Assembly: GCA_019057635.1 (NCBI GenBank)
Contig: DXJL01000128.1
Coordinates: 1-11,436, forward strand
Reading direction: 5' to 3'
Length of the DNA: 11,436 nucleotides
DNA from: Candidatus Heimdallarchaeota archaeon
Lineage (GTDB): Archaea; Asgardarchaeota; Heimdallarchaeia; Hodarchaeales; Hodarchaeaceae
The notes below the pieces were generated by a model. That model was not told the DNA's origin, ran no database searches, and saw only the letters and a program-made list of their open reading frames with translations. The translations under genes were made by a program, and so were the position numbers. Positions 1-7,947 of the stretch are shown here, piece after piece (positions within the stretch are counted from its first letter, which is position 1; every line of letters starts with the position of its first letter).

Positions 1-56
1 ATCCAGAACTTGCCAAAGCTATGGAAACTTGGGGAGTATCCGATACTCGCCTGTAG
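1..56 (+). CDS. 3' end (partial) of a probable RuBisCO large subunit (form III-like) or RuBisCO-like protein
   Basis: Not in the ORF track. The frame from nt 3 reads PELAKAMETWGVSDTRL then TAG (54-56) and is open to the window edge. ELAxAxExWG plus a short tail matches the C-terminus of archaeal form III RuBisCO (ELARALEKWG-type). A T-rich tract follows directly. Only 17 codons are visible. Confidence 0.6.
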   Translation, partial: PELAKAMETWGVSDTRL

Positions 57-82
57 TTTCTTTTTTCTTCCCTTTTTTTTTG
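57..82 (+). terminator. Oligo-T/pyrimidine-rich archaeal-type terminator
   Basis: An uninterrupted C/T tract with long T runs lies directly after the TAG at 54-56, between two convergent genes. Confidence 0.7.
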
Positions 83-87
83 TGAAA

Positions 88-396
88 TTATCCTCCTGCA
101 ACGGGAGGAAATATAGCGATGGTATCTCCCTCTTTTAGTGGCGTATTTAATCCATTAAATATACTCATATTGCGTCCGTTAATGAGGATAACTACCCAAC
201 TTCCCAGTTTAGAATGTTTATCTAAAATAAGGTCTTTCAAGGAAGGATATTGATTAATGATTACATCCAATAACATAGACAAAGTCGATCTTTCTGATAA
301 GATTACATCTACATCTCTTTTTTGTGTCACTTGTTTGTATGGACCAAAGAATCTAGCTGTTACTAGAAAAGTACTTTGTTCTCCAGTAGGGGTCAT
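88..396 (-). CDS. moaD: MoaD/ThiS-family ubiquitin-like sulfur carrier (SAMP1/MoaD, archaeal type)
   Basis: 102 aa with a beta-grasp pattern (VTARFFG...VILINGRN...LKEGDTIAIFPPVAGG) and a C-terminal di-glycine. It is the last gene of a run headed by a pterin-dependent AOR. Confidence 0.92.
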   Translation of the reverse strand: MTPTGEQSTFLVTARFFGPYKQVTQKRDVDVILSERSTLSMLLDVIINQYPSLKDLILDKHSKLGSWVVILINGRNMSIFNGLNTPLKEGDTIAIFPPVAGG

Positions 397-428
397 AAGA
401 GTATACTACCATAAAAAGAGGATATTGA

Positions 429-2108
429 TCAATTAAGTTCTACTTCTTCTGCTTTTAGCTTCTTTTTATCTAATTTCATCACGCGAGTTAGAGGTAGAAA
501 ATCACGAATTTCAATTTGTTTAGGGACGGCATATGGAGGGAGAGTATCTTTACAAAATTTCAAGATATCATCTGTAGATGTACTTTCTCTAAACTCATCT
601 TGCAACACTACGAATGCTTTTACTCTCTCACTTCCAGGACGGTTTGGATCAGGAATTCCGATAACCCCAGCTAATCTCACAGCCGGGTGTGAATGGAGAA
701 CATCATCAATGACTCTTGAGTAAACCTTCATTCCAGATACGTTAATCATATCTTTGATTCTATCAACAATTTTAAAGTATCCATCTTCATCCATTATTCC
801 AATATCGCCTGTAGCTAACCAATGATTTTTCTGTAATCCTTTGCCTTTCTCTGGCCAATAACCTAACATAACTTGAGGTCCACGAATCCAAATTTCTCCC
901 TCTTTACCAAGGGAGACTTCTTCACCCGATTTTGGATCAATGAGCTTTACATCTGTATCTGGAATCGGTACACCTACACTTACTTTCACTTCAGTCATGA
1001 AACGAGTTACTTTAGATAGTGCAGAAAGGTTTATGTGAGTACAGGGACTGCATTCAGTCATTCCATAACCCTCACTCATTGGAACACCAGTTTTTTTACC
1101 AAACTTTTCAGCAACATCTGGGGGAAGAGCCGCTGCACCTGAAAAATAAAAAATAGGCATTTTCTTAAGGTCTTGCATTAACAGCTCGCTAAAATGAGTA
1201 GGAACTCCATAAACAGCAAAGGGGCGCTGTTTTTTTATTATATTTGCAATTTGATCAATATCCCGGGCGTCGACAAGAATAGTACGAAGTCCCCAAGAAA
1301 TTGAAGAAAAAACTGCCCAATGTCCATATTGATGAAAAATCGGAACACAAACTAAAGCTGCTGATTTACCTTTGAATCCTCGCTCGAGAGGGCCTAAAAA
1401 CCAATGTAAAGATTGTCTAACATTAGTTGTGACGTTATAGTGTGACAACATTGTGCCTTTTGGTACTCCAGTTGTACCTCCAGTGAATGGTAGTAAAGCA
1501 ATATCTTTTTTTGGGTTTATTGACACTTCTGGAGGATTGGGTTTAGATTTTGAAATCAAATCCATCATTTTGTGAGCATTCGGAATATCTTTCATCTTAG
1601 GTAATGTATAATCAGGAAACAATGGGACAGGGGTATAAATTAGATTTTTTACTAAGATTTCATCCTTGATATTCTCTATACGATTGAGACGGCGATAAGA
1701 ACAGATAATTGTCTTCGCTCCTGACTCATTTATTTCATACAATAGATCTGGTTCCTTATGAAGAATAGATAATGGAACATGGATTGCACCCAACCTCAAT
1801 ATTGCAAAATCAGCAATAATGAATTCAAGGCATGTAGGTAAGATGGTGACTACGCAATCACCCTTATTTACTCCTAAATCCGCTAACGCTGTTGCAAACT
1901 TATCTACTTGAAGCTTCAATTCTTTATAGGTCAATTTCTGATCTAAATAGATGCATGCTACATTATCTGGATATTTAGTCGTACTATCTTCAAGAAATTG
2001 ATAAATTGAAATTTCTGGATATGGTGCCATTGTTTTTGCGAGTTTATATGGACCCACAAAATAACTCTTCATCCATGGCTTATCTGCATAAGTAGTCACG
2101 TTATTCAC
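429..2108 (-). CDS. AMP-forming acyl-CoA synthetase (long-chain fatty acid--CoA ligase, FadD-like)
   Basis: 559 aa. It has the P-loop FTGGTTGVPKG, EGYGMTE, TGDIG, DRIKDMINVSG and a terminal LPLTRVMK carrying the catalytic Lys. The GTG start is preceded by GAGGT (2116-2112). Substrate is not determinable. Confidence 0.93.
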   Translation of the reverse strand: MNNVTTYADKPWMKSYFVGPYKLAKTMAPYPEISIYQFLEDSTTKYPDNVACIYLDQKLTYKELKLQVDKFATALADLGVNKGDCVVTILPTCLEFIIADFAILRLGAIHVPLSILHKEPDLLYEINESGAKTIICSYRRLNRIENIKDEILVKNLIYTPVPLFPDYTLPKMKDIPNAHKMMDLISKSKPNPPEVSINPKKDIALLPFTGGTTGVPKGTMLSHYNVTTNVRQSLHWFLGPLERGFKGKSAALVCVPIFHQYGHWAVFSSISWGLRTILVDARDIDQIANIIKKQRPFAVYGVPTHFSELLMQDLKKMPIFYFSGAAALPPDVAEKFGKKTGVPMSEGYGMTECSPCTHINLSALSKVTRFMTEVKVSVGVPIPDTDVKLIDPKSGEEVSLGKEGEIWIRGPQVMLGYWPEKGKGLQKNHWLATGDIGIMDEDGYFKIVDRIKDMINVSGMKVYSRVIDDVLHSHPAVRLAGVIGIPDPNRPGSERVKAFVVLQDEFRESTSTDDILKFCKDTLPPYAVPKQIEIRDFLPLTRVMKLDKKKLKAEEVELN

Positions 2109-2122
2109 ATTACCTCAATAAA

Positions 2123-3985
2123 TTACATCCTATTTATAAGCCAATTTAACTCTAATTTTGTTAATGTTTCCTCAGATGGTCTACCATTTTTATCCCATCC
2201 ACGGTACTGATAATACGCGTCCAACATAGGATCCAGATTGACAATCTGCCCTTCTGCAGGTCCATCCGGTAATGGATCTTCTAACAGTCTTCCAGGTAAT
2301 GTATCGTCATCCCTTGTTAAACCTTCGCGGACATTAAAGGCCCGCTCTAGGTTGTAAATCCGTTCTCCAAGTAATCTGAAATCTTTCTCGGTGAATTCAT
2401 ACCCTAAGAGGCTTTGAATTAAGTCCGCCCAATCTTCCCCAGTCAATACCATCCCCATGAATTTGCATCCAGATAAAGCATCAAATACACCAAATGCGTC
2501 CTCATATTCTTTAACAACTCGTGCCTCCTCTGGAATTTCGAGTAGGCCATCTTCGTCGACCTCACCCTCGTCCACAATAAGGAATGGCATAGACATGAAT
2601 GCTGGTCCCTCTATATACGCTGTAATATGATCTCCTCCTCGGTTAGCAGTAGCATATGCTAGACCCGTAATTTTTGCTGCTCTTGAGTCATATGCAGGTA
2701 GTTCCAATCCCTTAACATGCATAGCAAATTTCTCACTCCCTTGACCAAGAGTTTCTGACATAGCTTTGGAACCTTCCGCAAGGAAATCACCAATTCCCTC
2801 TCTTTTGGCAATTTTATGGACTAGCTCAATAATTACATCAGGATCCCCAAATTTGATTTCCGATCCTTTAGTATCAGTTAATATTCCTTTTTCTACTGCT
2901 TCCATAGCGAAAGCAATCGTTGCACCTGCGGAAATAGTGTCGATACCATATTCATTACATAGAAAATGGGCTTTTGTAATTGCGTTCAGATCATAGATAT
3001 CACACATACTTCCAAATGCGCCTATTGATTCATACTCGGGGCCTTCACCTTTGGATTTGTATTTTCCATCTTTTATATCTGATACACGACCACACGCAAT
3101 TGGACAAGCAAAACAAGCCTTTTCTCCAACCAAAATTGTGTCGTTTATTGCTTCTCCATTAATCTTCTCATATTCTTCTACATATCCTGTTTGCCAATTT
3201 CTCGATGGTAGACCCCCTCGTTGGTTCACCATATCTAGGATCGCTGCAGTTCCGAATACCTCAAGGGTAACTTTTAATAAGCTTTGATTAACCCAATCAA
3301 ATCGTTCTTTCGCTTTTTCTCGGTATTCTTCTTTTTCAGCAATTTCAATCGGAATCCGCCCTCTAGATGCAATAGCTTTTAAATTCTTTGCTCCCATTAC
3401 TGTACCTAAGCCGCACCTTCCTGCTGCTCTTCCCCAGTATTTTCCTTCAACATCATTCATAATGGCCGCGTATTTAACTTGATTCTCTCCCGCAATTCCA
3501 ATACACGCTACATTAAACTTATCACCTAGATCTTCTTTAATCTTCGCGGTTGTTTCTGAAGTACTCTTTCCCCAAAGATGAGAGGCATCTCGTAATTCTA
3601 TTTTCCCGTTGTCGGTTACAAGATAGACAGGTTTCTCTGCTTTGCCTTCAAATATGACACCATCAAATCCAGATCGCTTGAAGTCTCTGCCCCAAAATCC
3701 GCCTGAGTTAGCTTGTCCCCAAAATCCAGTTAATGGAGATTTAGCAACCACTGAAAATCTTCCAGTGCTCGGGGATGATGTTCCAGTCATTGGCCCAGTC
3801 ATGAAGATTAATTTGTTATCAGGACCTAAAGGGTCAGTACCTTTGGGTACTTCGTCGAATAAATACTTAGTTGCTAACCCCGCTCCTCCTAAAAACATCT
3901 TTAGGTCAGTTTCATCTGGTACTTCTTCCGAAATACTGCCTGATGTTAAATTAACTCTTAAAATTTTACCCATGTAACCAAACAT
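2123..3985 (-). CDS. aor: Tungsten-containing aldehyde:ferredoxin oxidoreductase family protein
   Basis: 620 aa. It has the typical N-terminus MFGYMGKILRVNL, pterin-binding AAGRCGLGTVMGAKNLKAI, [4Fe-4S] ligands CFACPIAC plus the distal Cys in SGCKF, GPEYES, and C-terminal YYQYRGWD. Confidence 0.96.
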   Translation of the reverse strand: MFGYMGKILRVNLTSGSISEEVPDETDLKMFLGGAGLATKYLFDEVPKGTDPLGPDNKLIFMTGPMTGTSSPSTGRFSVVAKSPLTGFWGQANSGGFWGRDFKRSGFDGVIFEGKAEKPVYLVTDNGKIELRDASHLWGKSTSETTAKIKEDLGDKFNVACIGIAGENQVKYAAIMNDVEGKYWGRAAGRCGLGTVMGAKNLKAIASRGRIPIEIAEKEEYREKAKERFDWVNQSLLKVTLEVFGTAAILDMVNQRGGLPSRNWQTGYVEEYEKINGEAINDTILVGEKACFACPIACGRVSDIKDGKYKSKGEGPEYESIGAFGSMCDIYDLNAITKAHFLCNEYGIDTISAGATIAFAMEAVEKGILTDTKGSEIKFGDPDVIIELVHKIAKREGIGDFLAEGSKAMSETLGQGSEKFAMHVKGLELPAYDSRAAKITGLAYATANRGGDHITAYIEGPAFMSMPFLIVDEGEVDEDGLLEIPEEARVVKEYEDAFGVFDALSGCKFMGMVLTGEDWADLIQSLLGYEFTEKDFRLLGERIYNLERAFNVREGLTRDDDTLPGRLLEDPLPDGPAEGQIVNLDPMLDAYYQYRGWDKNGRPSEETLTKLELNWLINRM

Positions 3986-4221
3986 TCTTTCTACAACCTT
4001 AATTTTATTTTCGATTAACTTATCGCTAATATCTTTCTATCAACTTAAAAATCTAGGCCTATTTGAGAGACCTATATTGAGGACAAGCTAAGTAAAGTCT
4101 TTAAACATCTGAAATATTTTTCAAAGAGATTCCGATCAATAATCGTTTTCTCAGAATTTATTGAATACTTTCAAGAAAAACATCATCGGAAGCTATGAAA
4201 TAATGTCTAGGAAGTAAAAAT
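3986..4221. promoter_or_regulatory. Divergent promoter region between aor and the SCP2-ADH genes
   Basis: 236-bp AT-rich gap between head-to-head genes. TATA-like TTTTTAAG on the minus strand (4051-4044) and TTTAAA at 4100-4105. Palindromes at 4110-4123 and 4161-4174. Confidence 0.7.
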
Positions 4222-4650
4222 ATGGTTGTTTATGGTTCACCAGAATGGGTAGAAGCACTCTTCGTTAAGATTAATGAAAGTGAAGCTTATGCAAAAGCTG
4301 CAAAGAATTGGGAGGGGGATTTCATTTTTAAAACGATTCCTGATGGTACAGGCACTCTCACAGAAGAAGCAAGTATATATTGTGATTTATGGCATGGTAA
4401 ATGTCGTGAAGCCTACTTGATCACTCCAGATAAGCCTGCTCCCGAGAATGTTGAATATATTTACGCGGGAAAATATGGTAATTGGTTAAAGTTGTTTGAT
4501 GGAAAGATAGGGCCGTTAAAAGGAATTATGCAGCGAAAATTTGAAGTAAAGTGTTCAGCAAGATCAATGGCTAAAATGATGCGAGCGCTAAAAGCAGCCC
4601 AAGAGCTGGTCAAATGTACAACTATGATTGAGAATGTAGAATATCCATAA
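4222..4650 (+). CDS. SCP2 (sterol carrier protein 2) lipid-binding domain protein
   Basis: 142 aa. YGSPEWVEAL...INESEAYAKAAKNWEGDFIF, CDLWHGKCREA and W..LFDGKIGPLKGIMQRKFEV match the stand-alone prokaryotic SCP2 pattern. Confidence 0.85.
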   Translation: MVVYGSPEWVEALFVKINESEAYAKAAKNWEGDFIFKTIPDGTGTLTEEASIYCDLWHGKCREAYLITPDKPAPENVEYIYAGKYGNWLKLFDGKIGPLKGIMQRKFEVKCSARSMAKMMRALKAAQELVKCTTMIENVEYP

Positions 4651-4681
4651 TGGCACCTTTTGAGAATAAGGAGGACATAAT

Positions 4682-5878
4682 ATGTGGGATTTTACTTCTC
4701 CAAGGAAAGTCATTTTTGGTGAGGATGCACTAGAATATCTCTCTGAACAATCTTTTAAACGTGTTTTCATTGTAACAGATCCGTTGATGAGAAAACTACA
4801 TCTTCATTTGCTAGAAGACCAGCTTAACGCCATAAATGCTGAGATTACAGTTTTTGATGAGATTGAAGGTGAACCTACTCTTCAAATTGTACAAAAAGGG
4901 GCAAAATTATTAGCAGAGGCAAAACCTGACGCAATTATAGCTCTTGGAGGTGGAAGTGTAATGGACTCTGCAAAGGGTATGTGGCCCATATGGGCTTCCC
5001 CCGAAGATGGTATGGATGCAATTGAAGGTTTGGATCCCTTTGGTAAGATCAATCTTCGCGAAAAAACTGGCTCTATTCTTATAAATATCCCCACTACTTC
5101 TGGAACTGGCTCAGATGTGACATGGGCGACGGTGTTAACTGACAATTCTTCTGAAACTGAGCGAAAAGCCTCTTTTGGTAATCGTGAATTAGTAGCCGAT
5201 ATCACTATTCTGGATCCGATTCTCACGAAAACTTTACCGAGACATCTGATTGCAGGTACTGGTTTAGATGCGATAAGTCATGCCATTGGTGGTTATCTTA
5301 GTACCTGGCGAAATGATTTTTCAGATGCGTTCCTTATTCATGCATTTAAACTTATGTGGGAAAATATTTCTCTAGCTTATAACCAAGCCGAAACAGGGGA
5401 AGTAAATTTCGAAATTCGGGAAAAACTTCATAATGCTGCGACAATGAGTGGATGGGGTTTCGGTAATTCTCAAATTGTACTTGGCCATGCATTGGGACAT
5501 AGTATTGGAGCAGCTTTCAAAATTGCTCACTCAAAGTGCATAGGGACGACATGTTGGTACTCCTTGATGTACAATAAGAACGCTGAACCTAATCGAATTG
5601 CTGATCTTGCACGTGCGATTGGAATGAAAGGGAAATCAGATGAGGAATTAACTGAAAAGCTAATACTAGGATTGAAGAATCTTTTACTCGAACTTGACTT
5701 ACCGCTTTCTTTAGAAGAAATGGGAGTAACAAAAGAAAAATATGATTCGGAAATTGAAGCTGTTATTGAATATGCCCTTAACGATTCAGGAACACTCTCC
5801 AATCCTCGACCAGTAGACTATGAAGACTATGTTAAAATATTTGAGTATCTTTATATTGGTAAGGAGCTTGATTTTTAG
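4682..5878 (+). CDS. Iron-containing (type III) alcohol dehydrogenase
   Basis: 398 aa. It has GGGSVMD, IPTTSGTGSD and metal ligands in LDAISHA, GHALGHS and IAHS, plus C-terminal NPRP. An SD-like GAGGA lies at 4671-4675. Confidence 0.94.
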   Translation: MWDFTSPRKVIFGEDALEYLSEQSFKRVFIVTDPLMRKLHLHLLEDQLNAINAEITVFDEIEGEPTLQIVQKGAKLLAEAKPDAIIALGGGSVMDSAKGMWPIWASPEDGMDAIEGLDPFGKINLREKTGSILINIPTTSGTGSDVTWATVLTDNSSETERKASFGNRELVADITILDPILTKTLPRHLIAGTGLDAISHAIGGYLSTWRNDFSDAFLIHAFKLMWENISLAYNQAETGEVNFEIREKLHNAATMSGWGFGNSQIVLGHALGHSIGAAFKIAHSKCIGTTCWYSLMYNKNAEPNRIADLARAIGMKGKSDEELTEKLILGLKNLLLELDLPLSLEEMGVTKEKYDSEIEAVIEYALNDSGTLSNPRPVDYEDYVKIFEYLYIGKELDF

Positions 5879-5898
5879 ATTCCCTTAAATCAGAAGCT

Positions 5899-5920
5899 CC
5901 TTTCTCTGGATTTTTTTTTT
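5899..5920 (+). terminator. Oligo-T terminator after the alcohol dehydrogenase gene
   Basis: Pyrimidine-rich stretch ending in 10 consecutive T (5911-5920), about 30 nt after the stop codon. Confidence 0.6.
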
Positions 5921-5998
5921 ATAGAGCTAAATAATTTTATTAATTTCATCAAGTTTTCAGTTTTTAATCTGCAAATAACTGCATTATGGTGATTTAGA

Positions 5999-6379
5999 AT
6001 GGTAAATGAGGATCTGTTGAGAACTCTGTTTGTAAAAAAATCATTGAAGAATATTGAGGGAGGCTTCCAGCTAAAGATGAAGAATCCGATTAGCGATGCC
6101 ACTATTATCGACGCTATTAAATTTGAGATAAAAGGGGACGCTATTGACGGAAAAGAAAAGTATAAAGACTTTGTGGTCGAGATCGGGGGCGAATCTATTG
6201 AAAACAAATCTATTAGCGAACAAAATCCCGCTGATTTTAGTGTTAAATCTCAGGCCATTCTTCGTTTTAAAAGAGAACAACCGTTACCTGTTGGGAAATA
6301 TAAGCTACGATTTACTCAGTTATTAACCGAACAATATGGTGATATTCCGTTTTCAATAAAAGAACGTATCCGTGAATAA
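5999..6379 (+). CDS. Hypothetical protein, predicted beta-rich
   Basis: 126 aa, ATG start with an SD-like GGTGA about 6 nt upstream, co-oriented with its neighbours and bounded by T-tracts. It has alternating hydrophobic strands and no catalytic motif that I recognise. Confidence 0.8.
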   Translation: MVNEDLLRTLFVKKSLKNIEGGFQLKMKNPISDATIIDAIKFEIKGDAIDGKEKYKDFVVEIGGESIENKSISEQNPADFSVKSQAILRFKREQPLPVGKYKLRFTQLLTEQYGDIPFSIKERIRE

Positions 6380-6398
6380 CTCTATAGATTCAAGTAAC

Positions 6399-6448
6399 TT
6401 CCTATTTCCTTTTTCAGAAATACGGGGGAGAGATTTCTGCATTTTTTT
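6399..6448 (+). terminator. Pyrimidine tract plus hairpin and T-run terminator
   Basis: A C/T tract (6399-6415) is followed by stem CAGAAAT (6415-6421) / ATTTCTG (6433-6439) with an 11-nt loop, then T7 (6442-6448). Confidence 0.55.
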
Positions 6449-6480
6449 ATTGAATTTAACTGATTATAGATCCCACAGTA

Positions 6481-6495
6481 GAAAAATTCTTAAGT
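6481..6495 (+). promoter_or_regulatory. Candidate BRE/TATA promoter of the aminotransferase-kinase unit
   Basis: Purine-rich GAAAAA followed by TTCTTAAGT, about 65 nt upstream of ATG 6559. Confidence 0.35.
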
Positions 6496-6558
6496 GAAAA
6501 AAGGGGATTCTCTATAACTACTCATCTACTTTTATTATTAAAAGGCAGGAAAGTAAGT

Positions 6559-7932
6559 ATGGAAAATCAGAAACGCTTATTTAAAGATGAAGAAATTCTT
6601 GAGTGGATTACAATCCTAACGGAAGAAGATCTCAAAACAGTACATAAAAAAAGTCTGGTACCCTTCTATGATCAGGTATTTGTGGAAGGAAAAGGAGTTT
6701 ATTTAAAGGATCATACAGGAAAAGAATTTCTTGACTGCACCAGTCAGGCATGGACATCTAATATTGGATTTGCGAATCCTGACGTTGCATATGGAGTATC
6801 AGAACAAGTTAAACGACTTACTCATGTACGGTACGGATTTCCTACCATACCCCGGATTAATTTTATTCACAAACTTGCTTCCCTTACCCCTGAAGGCCTG
6901 ACAAAAATTGCAGTAAATGCCATGGGAGGAGGCGCGGCAATAGAAGCTGCTCTCAAACTCACAATGGTGAATAAGCCTGGTGCAGAGACTTTTTATTCCT
7001 ATACTCGTGGGTATCATGGGAGTTCTTTGGCAACTATGACTCTCGCCACACGATTTGCTGGAGTTACACGATTCCGTCCATGGGGATTTGATAGAGTTTC
7101 AAAAATTCCTTTTCCCTACTGTTATCGATGTCCTGTTGGTCAGGAGAATGAAAAATCCTGTAAACTGGAATGTCTTGAAATAGCAAAGCATCTCATTGAA
7201 TATGGTTCTTTAGACAAAGTAGCAGGGATTCTCATGGAACCGATTCAAGGTCCAGGTGGACATATTCCTACTCCTAAGCGTTATATGGAAGAACTAAGAA
7301 AATGGACAGAAGCTAATGAAATATTTCTGATCTGGGATGAGTCACAGCTCTTTACTCGTATCGGTTATTGGTTCTCTTCAGAATTTTATGACGGGATTAA
7401 ACCAGATATTACCTGTCTTACAAAATCTGTCGGGGGTGGGTTACCTATGGGCGTCACTATAGCCCGTGAAGATCTTAGTGGTTTTAATTCCGCAGAAGAA
7501 CATTCTACATTTGGTGCTAATCCCCTTATGTTTGCTTCAGGGCTTGTATTTTTGAATTATATTGAAAGAGCAAACTTACTGGAGAATACAAGAGAGCAGG
7601 GTGCCTATATTACTAAAAAATTGAACATTTTACAAAAAGAATCAGAATATATTGGAGATATCAGGTGTCCAGGTTTAATGATAGGTATCGAACTGGTTTT
7701 GGATCGAGAAACTAAAGAACCAGCAAATGCTTTAGCATCGGATCTTATTGAAATTGCTAAGGATGAATATGGGGTCATCTTCGGCTTATCTGCACCTATT
7801 TCAAGCGATTCAGGTTCTTTATATCGCAATGTTGTTAAAATTAAACCTCCTCTAACAATTACACGAGAGGATTCAGACCATATAATGGATGTATTTGAAA
7901 AAGCATTAGAAGACGCTATTGATTATTTATAG
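6559..7932 (+). CDS. Class III PLP-dependent aminotransferase (GabT/ArgD/omega-aminotransferase fold)
   Basis: 457 aa. Motifs: FLDCTSQ...NIG, AIEAALK, GYHGSS, FPYCYRCP, MEPIQGPGG, WDESQ, PDITCLTKSVGGG (PLP lysine), HSTFGANP, KIKPPL. Confidence 0.93.
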   Translation: MENQKRLFKDEEILEWITILTEEDLKTVHKKSLVPFYDQVFVEGKGVYLKDHTGKEFLDCTSQAWTSNIGFANPDVAYGVSEQVKRLTHVRYGFPTIPRINFIHKLASLTPEGLTKIAVNAMGGGAAIEAALKLTMVNKPGAETFYSYTRGYHGSSLATMTLATRFAGVTRFRPWGFDRVSKIPFPYCYRCPVGQENEKSCKLECLEIAKHLIEYGSLDKVAGILMEPIQGPGGHIPTPKRYMEELRKWTEANEIFLIWDESQLFTRIGYWFSSEFYDGIKPDITCLTKSVGGGLPMGVTIAREDLSGFNSAEEHSTFGANPLMFASGLVFLNYIERANLLENTREQGAYITKKLNILQKESEYIGDIRCPGLMIGIELVLDRETKEPANALASDLIEIAKDEYGVIFGLSAPISSDSGSLYRNVVKIKPPLTITREDSDHIMDVFEKALEDAIDYL

Positions 7933-7947
7933 AATTGATGTGATTGA

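Noticed and set aside
2766-3977. Plus-strand ORFs 2766-2996, 2980-3162, 3051-3287 and 3642-3977
   Set aside because: Antisense shadows wholly inside the well-supported aor gene, with no recognisable motifs.
4588-5802. Minus-strand ORFs 4588-4770, 4882-5226 and 5527-5802
   Set aside because: Antisense to SCP2 and ADH, with Ser/Ile/Phe-rich composition typical of shadow frames.
5890-6326. ORFs 5890-6207 (-), 6071-6280 (-) and 6144-6326 (+)
   Set aside because: They overlap the longer 5999-6379 ORF, which has an SD-like motif, the same orientation as its neighbours and more protein-like composition.
7938-7943. ATG-TGA start-stop just upstream of the kinase, with a similar one overlapping the ligase GTG at 2110-2105
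   Set aside because: Most simply a by-product of GTGA-type Shine-Dalgarno sequence or the GTG start; no evidence of regulation.
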